Virus record (IMG/VR): IMGVR_UViG_3300035670_000027
Length of the DNA stretch: 64,000 bases
Source of the DNA: a virus
Strand: one strand, 5' to 3'
In this document: one piece after another, positions 1-9,199 of the stretch
How positions within the stretch are numbered: the first letter of the stretch is position 1
Layout: the number at the start of each line of letters is the position of its first letter
Program-made: the position numbers and the translations under genes
The notes under the pieces: model-generated
Told to the model about the DNA's origin: nothing
The model's input: the letters and a program-made list of their open reading frames with translations, nothing else
Database searches by the model: none

Positions 1-27
1 AGTCTTTGGCGATAAAGTCACGCCGTT

Positions 28-429
28 TCACTTTACCAATTCGTAGGGTTTGTTCCATTTTCCAATATTCACATCAACATAATATGCGGTGTCGAAATAG
101 TCGATTTGTGCATCGCTATTATCGTAATAATCGGCACCATACAAACATGCAAATGCTTCCTTTAAAAATTGTTTTGCTTTACCCGTAAAGTGGTCTTGAT
201 ACCAATACGGATTTACATCAATCGAACCATAACGGCGGACAAACGATTCGTCCTGGCACTTGCCATCCGCTAGGTAGTTCTCAATAAAATCAATGCTACC
301 GGCTTTTACATTCAGCACAATGGTAGAATGATTACGGACTGCGAGGGTGCCTTTGACGCCATACTTCTTAAGCACAGGTTTCAGCATCGCCGCAATTTTC
401 GCTTTTTTCTCTTGGGACATATAAGCCAT
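28..429 (-). CDS. hypothetical early protein
   Basis: 133-aa ORF; start overlaps the upstream stop (TAATG); AAGGAG SD. Confidence 0.8.
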   Translation of the reverse strand: MAYMSQEKKAKIAAMLKPVLKKYGVKGTLAVRNHSTIVLNVKAGSIDFIENYLADGKCQDESFVRRYGSIDVNPYWYQDHFTGKAKQFLKEAFACLYGADYYDNSDAQIDYFDTAYYVDVNIGKWNKPYELVK

Positions 430-581
430 TATACATTCTCCTTTGCAAGGTCACGCTCACGAATTTCAACTTCGATTTTCATTTTCACTTGCTCTAAAAC
501 TTCGGTGGGAAGTTTTTCGATAGTAAGATAAAAATCGTGTGTCACAATCATATCAATTTCATCTTGGCTATAGTCAAACAT
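429..581 (-). CDS. small hypothetical protein (MFDYSQDEID..., 50 aa)
   Basis: Hand-translated; fills the gap exactly, with TAATG overlaps at both ends. Confidence 0.7.
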   Translation of the reverse strand: MFDYSQDEIDMIVTHDFYLTIEKLPTEVLEQVKMKIEVEIRERDLAKENV

Positions 582-811
582 TATACACTCCCTACACGAC
601 TGGTTGCAAATTTTAAATTACGGACAAGGTCTTCAGTAGTATCCAAACGGTCAGCCGCAAGCGGAATCAGATTCGCTTCAAGGAAACCAGCAAGGCGGGC
701 GTAGGCAAAATCGCCATCGTTTTTTACTGCCGCTTCATATTCACGCAAGGCATCAAAAATCATTTTGGACCGAGCGGACCTCGCTTCCATTTCTTTCACA
801 AATTTACTCAT
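581..811 (-). CDS. hypothetical protein
   Basis: Start moved to MSKFV (GGAG SD); translational coupling. Confidence 0.75.
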   Translation of the reverse strand: MSKFVKEMEARSARSKMIFDALREYEAAVKNDGDFAYARLAGFLEANLIPLAADRLDTTEDLVRNLKFATSRVGSV

Positions 812-813
812 TA

Positions 814-1035
814 TCAAACTCCAAAAACATAGTTGGAAACACCAAGGACATTCGAAAACAGAAAAGTACCTTGGAGAGCCGAAAGGTTCCAGTTTTTTTG
901 CTTCATGGCTGAGTAGAAAAGACAGACAGAGGAAACGAAAAACAGGCAGAACCCTACCGCTAGAAAACCACGGGCTACTAGGAACGACCCAGTAATACCG
1001 CAAACAACACCGAAAAATTCAATCGCTTTCAACAT
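814..1035 (-). CDS. small inner-membrane protein (3 TM)
   Basis: Hydrophobic ORF starting MLKAIEFF, just downstream of a promoter (possibly leaderless). Confidence 0.7.
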   Translation of the reverse strand: MLKAIEFFGVVCGITGSFLVARGFLAVGFCLFFVSSVCLFYSAMKQKNWNLSALQGTFLFSNVLGVSNYVFGV

Positions 1036-1041
1036 GTTTAT

Positions 1042-1138
1042 AGTATACCGAGGCTGGTTCGGAAAGTCAAGGGTTTTCCACACTTTTTTTTGTATGTTGC
1101 TCAAATACAACACCATGTTAGTAAGCACTCACTAACAT
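1042..1138 (-). promoter_or_regulatory. sigma70 early promoter plus TGTTG-N8-CAACA box plus 20-bp palindrome
   Basis: TTGACT-17-TATACT (1070-1042); boxes at 1095-1112 and 1117-1136. Confidence 0.8.
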
Positions 1139-1261
1139 AATCATAGTCACAACCCAGGCAATTTCAAGAATTCCGGCGACAATAAAGGTTGCCCAATCTG
1201 CCGGACCCATGGAGTCGGCGGCTAGGCAGATATCGAACCAGGTATCCTTTAGGAAATTCAT
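1118..1261 (-). CDS. 47-aa single-TM peptide resembling helix 1 of SMR transporters
   Basis: Hand-translated MNFLKDTW...WATFIVAGILEIAWVVTMIMLVSAY; ATGA overlap with the upstream ORF. Confidence 0.6.
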   Translation of the reverse strand: MNFLKDTWFDICLAADSMGPADWATFIVAGILEIAWVVTMIMLVSAY

Positions 1262-1500
1262 GACCTTACAATTTCAAAATTCTCACCAAGGTACTTGTCA
1301 AAGGTTCGGACAAGGTGTTCATAATCGCCTTGCATCATTTCCTTCGCAATGGCTTCGCCCAATTCGGGAGCACCACTACGCCGAAATGTTTTTTTCACTA
1401 CGGCTAAAAGATAAAATGCATTACCTTGTTCGCCATCCAAATCAATCACAGGTCGAATGGAAGGAAACCCTTCCAAGCCTGGACATTTTGTTCTAATCAT
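1258..1500 (-). CDS. hypothetical protein
   Basis: 80-aa ORF with SD; IDLDGEQGNAFYLL motif typical of small phage proteins. Confidence 0.75.
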   Translation of the reverse strand: MIRTKCPGLEGFPSIRPVIDLDGEQGNAFYLLAVVKKTFRRSGAPELGEAIAKEMMQGDYEHLVRTFDKYLGENFEIVRS

Positions 1501-1511
1501 TCTAGTTTCTC

Positions 1512-2003
1512 CTAACTAACGAATTCTTTAATAGACTTCACTTGGCATTCATCCCAAATTTTTTGGCTTATCATCAGTTTCGATATTCCTTTGGTGGGGC
1601 GGCCGCCTTCTACTGAAAATAAAATTTTGAAACTATTTTTTCCTTTATAAAATTTATACGGAATTTTAAAATAATAAACTTGACCATTTTTTCCGTCTGC
1701 AACAATGGTTCTTAAAATGCCTTTTTTATTTTTGCAATTGTTTACTGTGGCTCTCCTACCTGTTTCTCCACTCACTACAGTTTTTTTTGCATCGGACCCA
1801 TCTATAAAATCTTGACCAATACCATAAGACCTTTCTAGTTTTCCTAATTTTGATATTGCATACTCAACAAAATTATCAATCGAAATAATTCCGTGTTCAA
1901 TTTGTTTTAAATTTATTTTTCTAACTTCATTTGGAATTTTTAATGCCTTAGCCAATTCGGAATAAATTAATTTATGACCAATAATTGTCCTTTGAGTATC
2001 CAT
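1512..2003 (-). CDS. low-GC basic hypothetical protein, possible nuclease
   Basis: 163 aa, Lys-rich; AT-richer than its neighbours. Confidence 0.6.
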   Translation of the reverse strand: MDTQRTIIGHKLIYSELAKALKIPNEVRKINLKQIEHGIISIDNFVEYAISKLGKLERSYGIGQDFIDGSDAKKTVVSGETGRRATVNNCKNKKGILRTIVADGKNGQVYYFKIPYKFYKGKNSFKILFSVEGGRPTKGISKLMISQKIWDECQVKSIKEFVS

Positions 2004-2009
2004 TATTTT

Positions 2010-2225
2010 CTACCACTCCTTTTGTGCGAATGGTGTTTCATTATAGCCAGCCATGTAGGCGGCAATCTCTTCTTCACTCATATCCACTTCTTCAATCTCG
2101 GTTGACTGATAAGTGTTACCAGTAAAATAATGTGGGCGAGGTTCACGACCATAGTAAGCATCAGCCGAACCACGATCATAGGCACCGCCGTGCCGAGTAA
2201 AAACTTCACGCTCTGAATAATTCAT
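2010..2225 (-). CDS. hypothetical protein (HGGAYDRGSADAYYGR family)
   Basis: 71-aa ORF with a recurrent phage motif. Confidence 0.75.
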   Translation of the reverse strand: MNYSEREVFTRHGGAYDRGSADAYYGREPRPHYFTGNTYQSTEIEEVDMSEEEIAAYMAGYNETPFAQKEW

Positions 2226-2226
2226 C

Positions 2227-2946
2227 TTAAGCCGCCTTCATCATAATAGTTGGATACTTCACAAAACCGCTGGTATCTTTTTTCGCTTTGCCTTTTGCAT
2301 ACAGACCAACCACGACACCTTTGGGATCAAGGAAACGCAAATCAGAATCGTCACCGTTGAAAACAGGAACACCATTGTAAGTTTCAGGCATCGGAGAATT
2401 TTTCTTAATGCCGAACACGGTAGCGATATTGTAACCTTCTTTAATCGCACGGAGAACATCAAGGTCATTGCCGTCTGCCGCTGAGAAGGTCAGGTGATAA
2501 TTCGCCAGACCGTTCACTTTACGACCAAGAATTTTTGTATAGTCATAAAATTGGACATTGGGAAACTCTTGAATGACGCCATACTTTTCCCATGAGATAT
2601 CAGAGGTGCCGTTCAGGCGGAAGACAGGAATCAAGCCTTTCTTTTCTGATTGACGAATCGCTTTACGGATATCATCTTTCAGAGTAGCAAGGAAATTTTC
2701 ACGGTCTTCAAAAAAGAATCGGGTTTTACGCTTGCGGGCTTCTTGAATCACATTGGTGGATTCGCCACGCTTGAACATGCCGCCACGACCAGCGGTGTTT
2801 AGGCAAGCCGCTTTACAACCAGCCGTAGCCTTTGGGCAAGTATTGTAGCCAGAAACATCAGCCGGGGCAAGGTGAAGGATATAGGTCATATAGCCTTGCT
2901 TCATACCTTTGAGAATTTTGGGATTACCGACAGAAAGCAATTTCAT
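2227..2946 (-). CDS. phage Gp88-like protein (Cys-rich, radical-SAM-like)
   Basis: CPxATxGCxxxCL, RLNGTSDI, FYDYTK and GDxxDLRFLD motifs. Confidence 0.7.
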   Translation of the reverse strand: MKLLSVGNPKILKGMKQGYMTYILHLAPADVSGYNTCPKATAGCKAACLNTAGRGGMFKRGESTNVIQEARKRKTRFFFEDRENFLATLKDDIRKAIRQSEKKGLIPVFRLNGTSDISWEKYGVIQEFPNVQFYDYTKILGRKVNGLANYHLTFSAADGNDLDVLRAIKEGYNIATVFGIKKNSPMPETYNGVPVFNGDDSDLRFLDPKGVVVGLYAKGKAKKDTSGFVKYPTIMMKAA

Positions 2947-2950
2947 AACA

Positions 2951-3060
2951 TCTCCGTATCAATCACTATGAATACAGTATACCATAGTGGGAGGAAAAGT
3001 CAACAATTATTTTCAATGGTGTTGCAGAAAAACAACATAAGTTAGTGAGTACTTACTCAC
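2951..3060 (-). promoter_or_regulatory. early promoter with conserved leader and operator pair
   Basis: TTGACT-16-TATACT; TGTTG-N8-CAACA at 3020-3037; GTTAGTGAGTACTTACTCAC at 3041-3060; leader TAGTGATTGATACGGAGA. Confidence 0.8.
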
Positions 3061-3123
3061 AAAAAAAGAGGGGTTTTCATAAGCATCTCATGACCGCCTA
3101 GCGGACCGGGCAGAAAACCCCCT
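3061..3123 (-). terminator. putative terminator with a large structured loop
   Basis: AGGGGTTTTC/GAAAACCCC stem followed by a T7 tract on the minus strand. Confidence 0.5.
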
Positions 3124-3128
3124 AACAT

Positions 3129-3338
3129 TTATTCGTACCAGCCCAATTCGTATCCAATGCACTCACGGACTGCGGTGTCTGTAATCTCGCCGTAGCATTC
3201 ATCCTTGCCAATCGCACTCATCATACCCATGACAACATCGCTGGACAAGCCGTGGGTTTTTGCAAATTTCACAAGGTCAGCAACCATAGCATCGCCAGCG
3301 GAAGTAAACATCTCAAAAGAAACAGGTGCGGTTCTCAT
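3129..3338 (-). CDS. hypothetical protein
   Basis: 69-aa ORF with SD. Confidence 0.7.
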   Translation of the reverse strand: MRTAPVSFEMFTSAGDAMVADLVKFAKTHGLSSDVVMGMMSAIGKDECYGEITDTAVRECIGYELGWYE

Positions 3339-3349
3339 TCTATATCCCC

Positions 3350-3598
3350 TTAAACCAAATCAACTTGAACATCAATTCCGTCATTGGTGCGAGTACTAAA
3401 CCCTACCATTGGCATTCCATGACGGCGGCGCATTGCCACTTGCATCAAAGCATTCCACACGGCAACCCTTTGCTCACGCTGAGGAAAGCGGCTACCCATC
3501 AAATCTTTCACTTGACAATCACCAATAAACACACCGTTGATAACGGCACGAAATTTCTGGGAATTCTTCAAGCCGTCAATGATAATTTTCGTATTCAT
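3350..3598 (-). CDS. hypothetical protein
   Basis: Start MNTKII follows the conserved GGAGA leader. Confidence 0.75.
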   Translation of the reverse strand: MNTKIIIDGLKNSQKFRAVINGVFIGDCQVKDLMGSRFPQREQRVAVWNALMQVAMRRRHGMPMVGFSTRTNDGIDVQVDLV

Positions 3599-3604
3599 CT
3601 CAAA

Positions 3605-3725
3605 TCTCCGTATCAATCACTACATTAACTATTCTACAGGACTCTTGGCAAAAGTCAAGGGTTTTTTCAACTTTTTTTGCAGATTTGGGTAAAAACAACA
3701 TCTATGTTAGTGAGTACTTACTAAC
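3605..3725 (-). promoter_or_regulatory. early promoter with leader and operator
   Basis: TTGACT-16-TAGAAT; palindrome GTTAGTGAGTACTTACTAAC at 3706-3725. Confidence 0.8.
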
Positions 3726-3817
3726 TAGCCTAGGGTCTTGACCGAGCCAGAAACGGCACCACCGATCAAAGCAAGGACGAGGAAGGAACTCAGAAAAATC
3801 GCAAGAATCGTAATCAT
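3725..3817 (-). CDS. 30-aa hydrophobic membrane peptide
   Basis: MITILAIFLSSFLVLALIGGAVSGSVKTLG; own promoter and GGAGA SD. Confidence 0.6.
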   Translation of the reverse strand: MITILAIFLSSFLVLALIGGAVSGSVKTLG

Positions 3818-3822
3818 TTTTT

Positions 3823-3960
3823 TCTCCGTATCAATGTCAATCACTACAGTACCCATTCTACACTACTAGGGGCAAAAGTCAACAACTTTTTTTCAACCTG
3901 TTGCAAAAAAACAACTCTAAATCATAGCACTAAAATTGTTTGTGAGTACTCACTTACAAT
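3823..3960 (-). promoter_or_regulatory. early promoter with leader and operator pair
   Basis: TTGACT-16-TAGAAT; TGTTG-N8-CAACT at 3899-3916; palindrome at 3935-3960. Confidence 0.8.
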
Positions 3961-3981
3961 TGATTTAGATCAAGCCCGGCT

Positions 3982-3989
3982 TATAAATA
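3982..3989 (+). promoter_or_regulatory. T4-type late promoter
   Basis: TATAAATA upstream of the plus-strand module. Confidence 0.7.
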
Positions 3990-4059
3990 AGTGTATGTAA
4001 TTGATTTTACTCTTTAGTTATGGTTTCGCTATGCCAATCAACTAGGGAGACAAACCACA

Positions 4060-5052
4060 ATGAATTACCAAGGCAGAAAGACCGTTGTTGCGGTTCTTTT
4101 CGCTATGACATTCGGTGCCGCAATGGCGCAAGATACGAATGTAAACACGACAAATACAAGTACCTCAACAAGCACGGTCAATTCAACAAACACGAACAAC
4201 AATACAAACACTAGCACATCCACATCTACGGTGGACAGTACAAGCACGAACACCAATAACAACAACAATGTAAACACTTCGACAAGTACTTCGACCAATA
4301 CGAATGTCAACACCAACAACAATATCAATAGTGGTGACCAAACCATTCGTAATGTCAACTCTGGAGAGATGACCTACAATAACAACAATGTCAATACTTC
4401 GACTAGCACAAACACGAACAACAATAACAATGTCAATACTTCGACTAGCACAAATGTAAACACAAATAACAACATCAATAGCGGAGAGCAGACATTCAAC
4501 AATAACAACAATACAACTTCGAACAACACCAATACGAATAACAATGTAAACACTTCAACAAGCACCAATACCAATGTAAACAAAAATGAAAACTCTGGTA
4601 CGGTAACTAACATCAATAAGAATGAAACTGAAGTCAGACAGATTTCACCTCCACCAACTGCCGTAGCACCTACAATGATGAGTGGTGGTAATTCTGATTT
4701 GTGTACAGTCGGAACATCTGGTGCAGTTCAGACACAGATTCTTGGTGTATCAAGCGGTGGCGTATTGAGAGATAAGAATTGTGAAAGATTGAAAAACGCT
4801 AAAGTTCTATACGATATGGGTATGAAGGTTGCGGCAGTCGCTACACTTTGCCAAGACCGTAGAGTATTTGATGCAATGTGGAATGCTGGAACACCATGCC
4901 CATTTGAGGGTGAGATTGGTGCAAAAGCAAAAGCCGCATGGGAACAGTTCCCAGACAGAAAACCTGCATACGAGGAAGACGAGAGTGATCCATTCTATAA
5001 GAAAACATTGTTCGCTACTATTCTTGGCTATCTGCTTTTCATCGGTCTCTAA
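4060..5052 (+). CDS. exported Asn/Thr-repeat protein with a Cys-containing domain and C-terminal TM
   Basis: Signal peptide AMA-Q; N/T/S repeats; GGGAG SD. Confidence 0.8.
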   Translation: MNYQGRKTVVAVLFAMTFGAAMAQDTNVNTTNTSTSTSTVNSTNTNNNTNTSTSTSTVDSTSTNTNNNNNVNTSTSTSTNTNVNTNNNINSGDQTIRNVNSGEMTYNNNNVNTSTSTNTNNNNNVNTSTSTNVNTNNNINSGEQTFNNNNNTTSNNTNTNNNVNTSTSTNTNVNKNENSGTVTNINKNETEVRQISPPPTAVAPTMMSGGNSDLCTVGTSGAVQTQILGVSSGGVLRDKNCERLKNAKVLYDMGMKVAAVATLCQDRRVFDAMWNAGTPCPFEGEIGAKAKAAWEQFPDRKPAYEEDESDPFYKKTLFATILGYLLFIGL

Positions 5053-6583
5053 CGCACAGACAGTAGATAGCACCGGCAACCTAATCAATAATCAAAATTG
5101 GTTAGGTGTTGGTGCTTATGCGCCTGACCCAAATGATTGTTGTTCAAATCCTGCTGGCAGTCAACCCTTATATGATACTTCAACTGGAACAATTAAATGG
5201 AGTTATGGCTTCAATAGTGTGTCACAATCAATAGGTATTCAAAGTGCATTGTCCGCGGCAGGAACAGGATTATTAGTGCAAGGTTACAACTATTCTTTTG
5301 ATGCAAAAAATCTTTCTGAAAATGGTGCAGGCTTTGACACATTTGGATATAACACTTGGCTTACAAATAATTCAGGACAAGTATTATTAAGTCAAGGTGG
5401 CGATTTGACCACGGCATTCAATTGGACAACATTCTCTGGAAGTTTGAGTTTACCGACTGGATTGCCTTTACCTGAATCTGGTTCTGTTGGCATCTCATTC
5501 TATGGAAGAGATGATGGGTTTTGGGCTGGCTTGTATGGACCAGAAGTTCGCAATGTATCATTGTCATTGAATTATTCGTTTGATCCATGTGCGGCTGATC
5601 CATTGTATTCATCTTCATGCCCAGGTTATCTTGATGCGTTCTTTGCAAAGATTGGTATGGCTCTCTTTGGAACACCAGAAACATCAACGCCAGTAGTCGA
5701 AACAACTCCAGTTGTTGCAACAACTACAACAAGTGAACCAGAACAAACTCAAGAGGTTGTGTCCGCACCAGTAATAGTCTCCCAACCTGTGACACAAGCA
5801 ACAACCGAAACTGCACCTGTCGCAACTGTAACATCAACACCAGCGGCAACATCTGAAGCACAATCATCTGGTGGTTCTAGAGTTTCGCTCTCAACAATTC
5901 TCAGCATCGTTGGTAATGAACAATCACGAATTGCAGGCGTAGAAAGATCAACTGTAGAACAATCTGTAGAACAATCAGTAAGAGAAGGTGATAAGGCAAC
6001 TCAGCAAGCCGAATCAATTGCCGCAAGTGCAACAAGTGAAAGCATCTCAGTAAGCATTTCATCTGCACAATCGCAAATGGCAATTGATCAACAACAAGCA
6101 ACATCATCTGCACAGTCTTCAGGAGGTGGCTTAAATTTTTTCTCCAGCGCATCAGGCTCACTATCACCATTCGATTCTAGTGTTGGATTGAAACCGCCAA
6201 CACCAACAATGACCGAACAACTTGCATCAATTCAAATTGAAGAGAAAACAGAATCCGCCGTATCATTTTCAGGTTTCTCGGCTGTAAATGTTTTGAAAGA
6301 AGAAGAAGCAAAGGTTAACTCTGGTGGACAGACTGAACAAAAGACTGAAACGGTTAAACGAAATGTGCCGAACAATGAATTGGCTGGTAATGTAACTTTG
6401 GCTTCTTTGGGTGCAACACCAGAAGGGTTTCAAGCATACTCTACAATGATGCCAGATGCGGCATTCTATGCACCAAAAGAAATTTACAAGAATCAAGTAG
6501 TGGTTGACAATAGAGCAGGTAGAAGAATGTTTAGCGGTAGTGACAATCTACATCAACAAATGGTCGATCAACAATACAAATAA
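4985..6583 (+). CDS. exported protein with beta-sandwich-like N-terminus and Ser/Thr/Gln-rich linker
   Basis: Probable GTG start at 4985 gives signal peptide SNA-Q. Confidence 0.7.
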   Translation: MIHSIRKHCSLLFLAICFSSVSNAQTVDSTGNLINNQNWLGVGAYAPDPNDCCSNPAGSQPLYDTSTGTIKWSYGFNSVSQSIGIQSALSAAGTGLLVQGYNYSFDAKNLSENGAGFDTFGYNTWLTNNSGQVLLSQGGDLTTAFNWTTFSGSLSLPTGLPLPESGSVGISFYGRDDGFWAGLYGPEVRNVSLSLNYSFDPCAADPLYSSSCPGYLDAFFAKIGMALFGTPETSTPVVETTPVVATTTTSEPEQTQEVVSAPVIVSQPVTQATTETAPVATVTSTPAATSEAQSSGGSRVSLSTILSIVGNEQSRIAGVERSTVEQSVEQSVREGDKATQQAESIAASATSESISVSISSAQSQMAIDQQQATSSAQSSGGGLNFFSSASGSLSPFDSSVGLKPPTPTMTEQLASIQIEEKTESAVSFSGFSAVNVLKEEEAKVNSGGQTEQKTETVKRNVPNNELAGNVTLASLGATPEGFQAYSTMMPDAAFYAPKEIYKNQVVVDNRAGRRMFSGSDNLHQQMVDQQYK

Positions 6584-6593
6584 GAGGAACAAA

Positions 6594-7109
6594 ATGTCAG
6601 AAAAAAATATTGACGAGGCAGTAGACAAATTAGAAGCGGCGGTTGATCCAAACACCGTCATTAGCATTGGTGGTTACAACTTTACTCCAGCGAAACTTAT
6701 GATTGCTGGTGGTATTCTTTCATCTGTACTCGGTGGTCTCTATGGTGCGTTTGAAGTCTATAAAGATTATCAGAGTATGAAAGAAGCGATTCAGACTTAT
6801 GTTGCACCGGACTTATCAGAGTTTGACAAGCGCCTTACTGTAGTCGAAAAGAGTAGTAAAGATTCTGTAGAGTATACAAACGAAATTAAAAATGATTTGA
6901 AACAGGACCTTCGTAGAGTAGAGAAGGTTGTTGAAGACATGGAAAGAACCAATAAAGACATGCAGAGAGAGGTTGATCGTTCAATCGCTACTGCAAGAGT
7001 TGAGATGAGAGCATTACAAAAAGAAGTTGATGTTGAGATTAAGAATGTGAAGAGAGAGATGGATGATAAACTGAAGAAAGCATTAGACAACCCATTGGCA
7101 AATCAATGA
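6594..7109 (+). CDS. TM plus coiled-coil protein ending LDNPLAN
   Basis: GAGGA SD; one TM helix and a heptad region. Confidence 0.8.
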   Translation: MSEKNIDEAVDKLEAAVDPNTVISIGGYNFTPAKLMIAGGILSSVLGGLYGAFEVYKDYQSMKEAIQTYVAPDLSEFDKRLTVVEKSSKDSVEYTNEIKNDLKQDLRRVEKVVEDMERTNKDMQREVDRSIATARVEMRALQKEVDVEIKNVKREMDDKLKKALDNPLANQ

Positions 7110-7150
7110 TATTTGATCAATATGTTTACATGATGATTCAAATGTGGTTT

Positions 7151-7181
7151 CTGCCATACACCCTCATTGGGTATATGGCAG
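7151..7181. terminator. hairpin between convergent genes
   Basis: CTGCCATA...TATGGCAG inverted repeat. Confidence 0.55.
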
Positions 7182-7189
7182 ATTCAAAC

Positions 7190-7696
7190 TCAGGAATTAA
7201 GAACCTTTGCAACTGAATTCATGACTGCGGCAATGCGCCCAATGTCACGCAATTGTTCAACGGTGTAACCTTCCTTCTTCAAAGTGTCATAGTGTGCTTT
7301 CACACAGAAATGGCACTTGCCTACAATTGAAGCGGCGAGAGAGTAAGCCTCAAATCGATCCTTTGTAGTACCACCATGATTCATAATTGCATTCATACGC
7401 AATTGTGCTGGTAGACCTTTGAGTGCTTCATCTTCAGCCATTTCAACATATGGATACCACACATTGTTTTGCGCCATTAGACTTGCGGCAGTCATTGCTG
7501 GTTCTGCATCTGCTGGTAAGTCTGAAAGAATCAAACTCAACAACTTACCATTTCCTGTTGCCGCAAGAGCCGCAACTGCACAACCCATTGCAACATCTGC
7601 ATCTAGTGTACTACGCAAAAGAACCGCATCAATATTTAACTTAGTGTCTTTTGCATAGTCTGGCATTGCACTTTTAATTGCTTCAATGAAATTCAT
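7190..7696 (-). CDS. ahpD: alkyl hydroperoxide reductase AhpD
   Basis: PDYAKDxKLN start, MAQNNVWY, CHFCVKAH; adjacent to ahpC. Confidence 0.9.
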   Translation of the reverse strand: MNFIEAIKSAMPDYAKDTKLNIDAVLLRSTLDADVAMGCAVAALAATGNGKLLSLILSDLPADAEPAMTAASLMAQNNVWYPYVEMAEDEALKGLPAQLRMNAIMNHGGTTKDRFEAYSLAASIVGKCHFCVKAHYDTLKKEGYTVEQLRDIGRIAAVMNSVAKVLNS

Positions 7697-8241
7697 AGTG
7701 TGTCACCACCTACTGTACGATTACATGCACAGAGTTCGCCAGTCTGGAGAGCATCAAGCACACGGAGAGTTTCTTCTGGACTACGACCAACATCAAGATT
7801 GTTGACTGTTACATGTTGAATCACATTGTCTGGATCAACAATAAATGTTGCACGAAGAGCCGCACCTGCTGGAGCATAGAATACACCAAGTTGATCAGCA
7901 AGACTTAGAGTGTTATAATCTGCATTGCGGCGCTGGGTGTCAGCAAACTGAATGTGCTTAATTTTCTTCAAGTCTTCATGTGCATTCTGCCATGCAAGTT
8001 TACAGAATTCGTTATCTGTAGAACCCGTCAATAGAACGGCATCACGGTCTGCAAAGTCTTGGAAGAGTTTATCGTATGCAACGATTTCGGTTGGGCAAAC
8101 GAATGTAAAGTCTTTAGGGTAGAAGACAATGACTTTCCATTTGCCTTCAAAAGATTTTTCTGTAATGTCAAAGAATTTATCGCTTCCTGGATTAATACCA
8201 GTTACGACAAAAGATTCAATTTTATCACCTACTGTTTTCAT
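7693..8241 (-). CDS. ahpC: 2-Cys peroxiredoxin AhpC
   Basis: FYPKDFTFVCPTE and LDALQTGELC motifs. Confidence 0.95.
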   Translation of the reverse strand: MKTVGDKIESFVVTGINPGSDKFFDITEKSFEGKWKVIVFYPKDFTFVCPTEIVAYDKLFQDFADRDAVLLTGSTDNEFCKLAWQNAHEDLKKIKHIQFADTQRRNADYNTLSLADQLGVFYAPAGAALRATFIVDPDNVIQHVTVNNLDVGRSPEETLRVLDALQTGELCACNRTVGGDTL

Positions 8242-8340
8242 CTCACGCTCCTTAAAAATATTAGGGGAAGTACTAATGTACTTTATATGTATACATAGAT
8301 TTATACAAAACCCCTCAAGTTATTCATATTAATTTTCTAT

Positions 8341-9189
8341 CTAGTCGATAGATACAACTTTTGGAAGATAAGGATCAGTTTTATCTTCACCACGCTCATA
8401 TCCAACATAACCTCTTGGATTACAGACGATGCGAGTATTGCCAACCATGTAGTCAAACTCATGGTGAGTGTGACCATGTGTCCACAATTTGATTTGTGGG
8501 CGGTCAAGAATAAACTCACTTAGATCGGAACTGTAACCACCGTTCATCAATGTGTCATTCTCATACATTGGCTTGGTCGAAAGTTTGCTAGGCGAATGAT
8601 GACCAACGACAACATACTTTGCAGTAGGATCGTTTTCAATCACCACTCGGATATAGTCAAGCATTTTCTTGTGATCCTCAACCGCATCTTCAGGACAGAA
8701 TCTTGCAACTCTCTCATGAAACTTGCCTTCATCATCTTTGAAATTGACCACACGATTGCTATTGCGAACAATGCGAAAGTCATTCATTCTACTCTTAATA
8801 TGATACAGAGTGAGTGAATCTTCTTTGTTCATATCTGTCCAAAGAGTACCACCAATGAATGTCACATCATCGATTTTCACACATGATTTATCAAGAAAAA
8901 CAATTCCTCTTTCAGCACATGCTTCACCTAACAGTTTGTGTGATTCTGCAAAGTCACCATTGTAATGTTCATGGTTACCCATGACATAGATGACATGCTT
9001 GTACTCTTTCTTGCAGTTATCAAGAAAGTCTAGAAAGCGATCCGTTTTGTGTGTGCCATACAAATCTGATGCAACCATAATGTCGCCAGATAGAATAAGC
9101 ACATCTGCACCTTCGGGATTGACTGGATACCAGTCACCGAATTCAAGATGAATGTCGCTAGTGATTGCAATTTTCATGATTAACTCCAT
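8341..9189 (-). CDS. calcineurin-like metallophosphoesterase
   Basis: DIH, GD, GNHE, HH and HGHTH motifs. Confidence 0.9.
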   Translation of the reverse strand: MELIMKIAITSDIHLEFGDWYPVNPEGADVLILSGDIMVASDLYGTHKTDRFLDFLDNCKKEYKHVIYVMGNHEHYNGDFAESHKLLGEACAERGIVFLDKSCVKIDDVTFIGGTLWTDMNKEDSLTLYHIKSRMNDFRIVRNSNRVVNFKDDEGKFHERVARFCPEDAVEDHKKMLDYIRVVIENDPTAKYVVVGHHSPSKLSTKPMYENDTLMNGGYSSDLSEFILDRPQIKLWTHGHTHHEFDYMVGNTRIVCNPRGYVGYERGEDKTDPYLPKVVSID

Positions 9190-9199
9190 TTACTACAGT

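Noticed and set aside
1095-3960. Recurring palindromes as a CRISPR array
   Set aside because: Irregular spacing of hundreds to thousands of bp with genes in between; always promoter-linked; no cas genes in the window.
4065-4616. Minus-strand Val/Leu-rich ORFs or a DNA tandem repeat
   Set aside because: Antisense shadow of the Asn/Thr-repeat gene; the repeats vary at synonymous positions.
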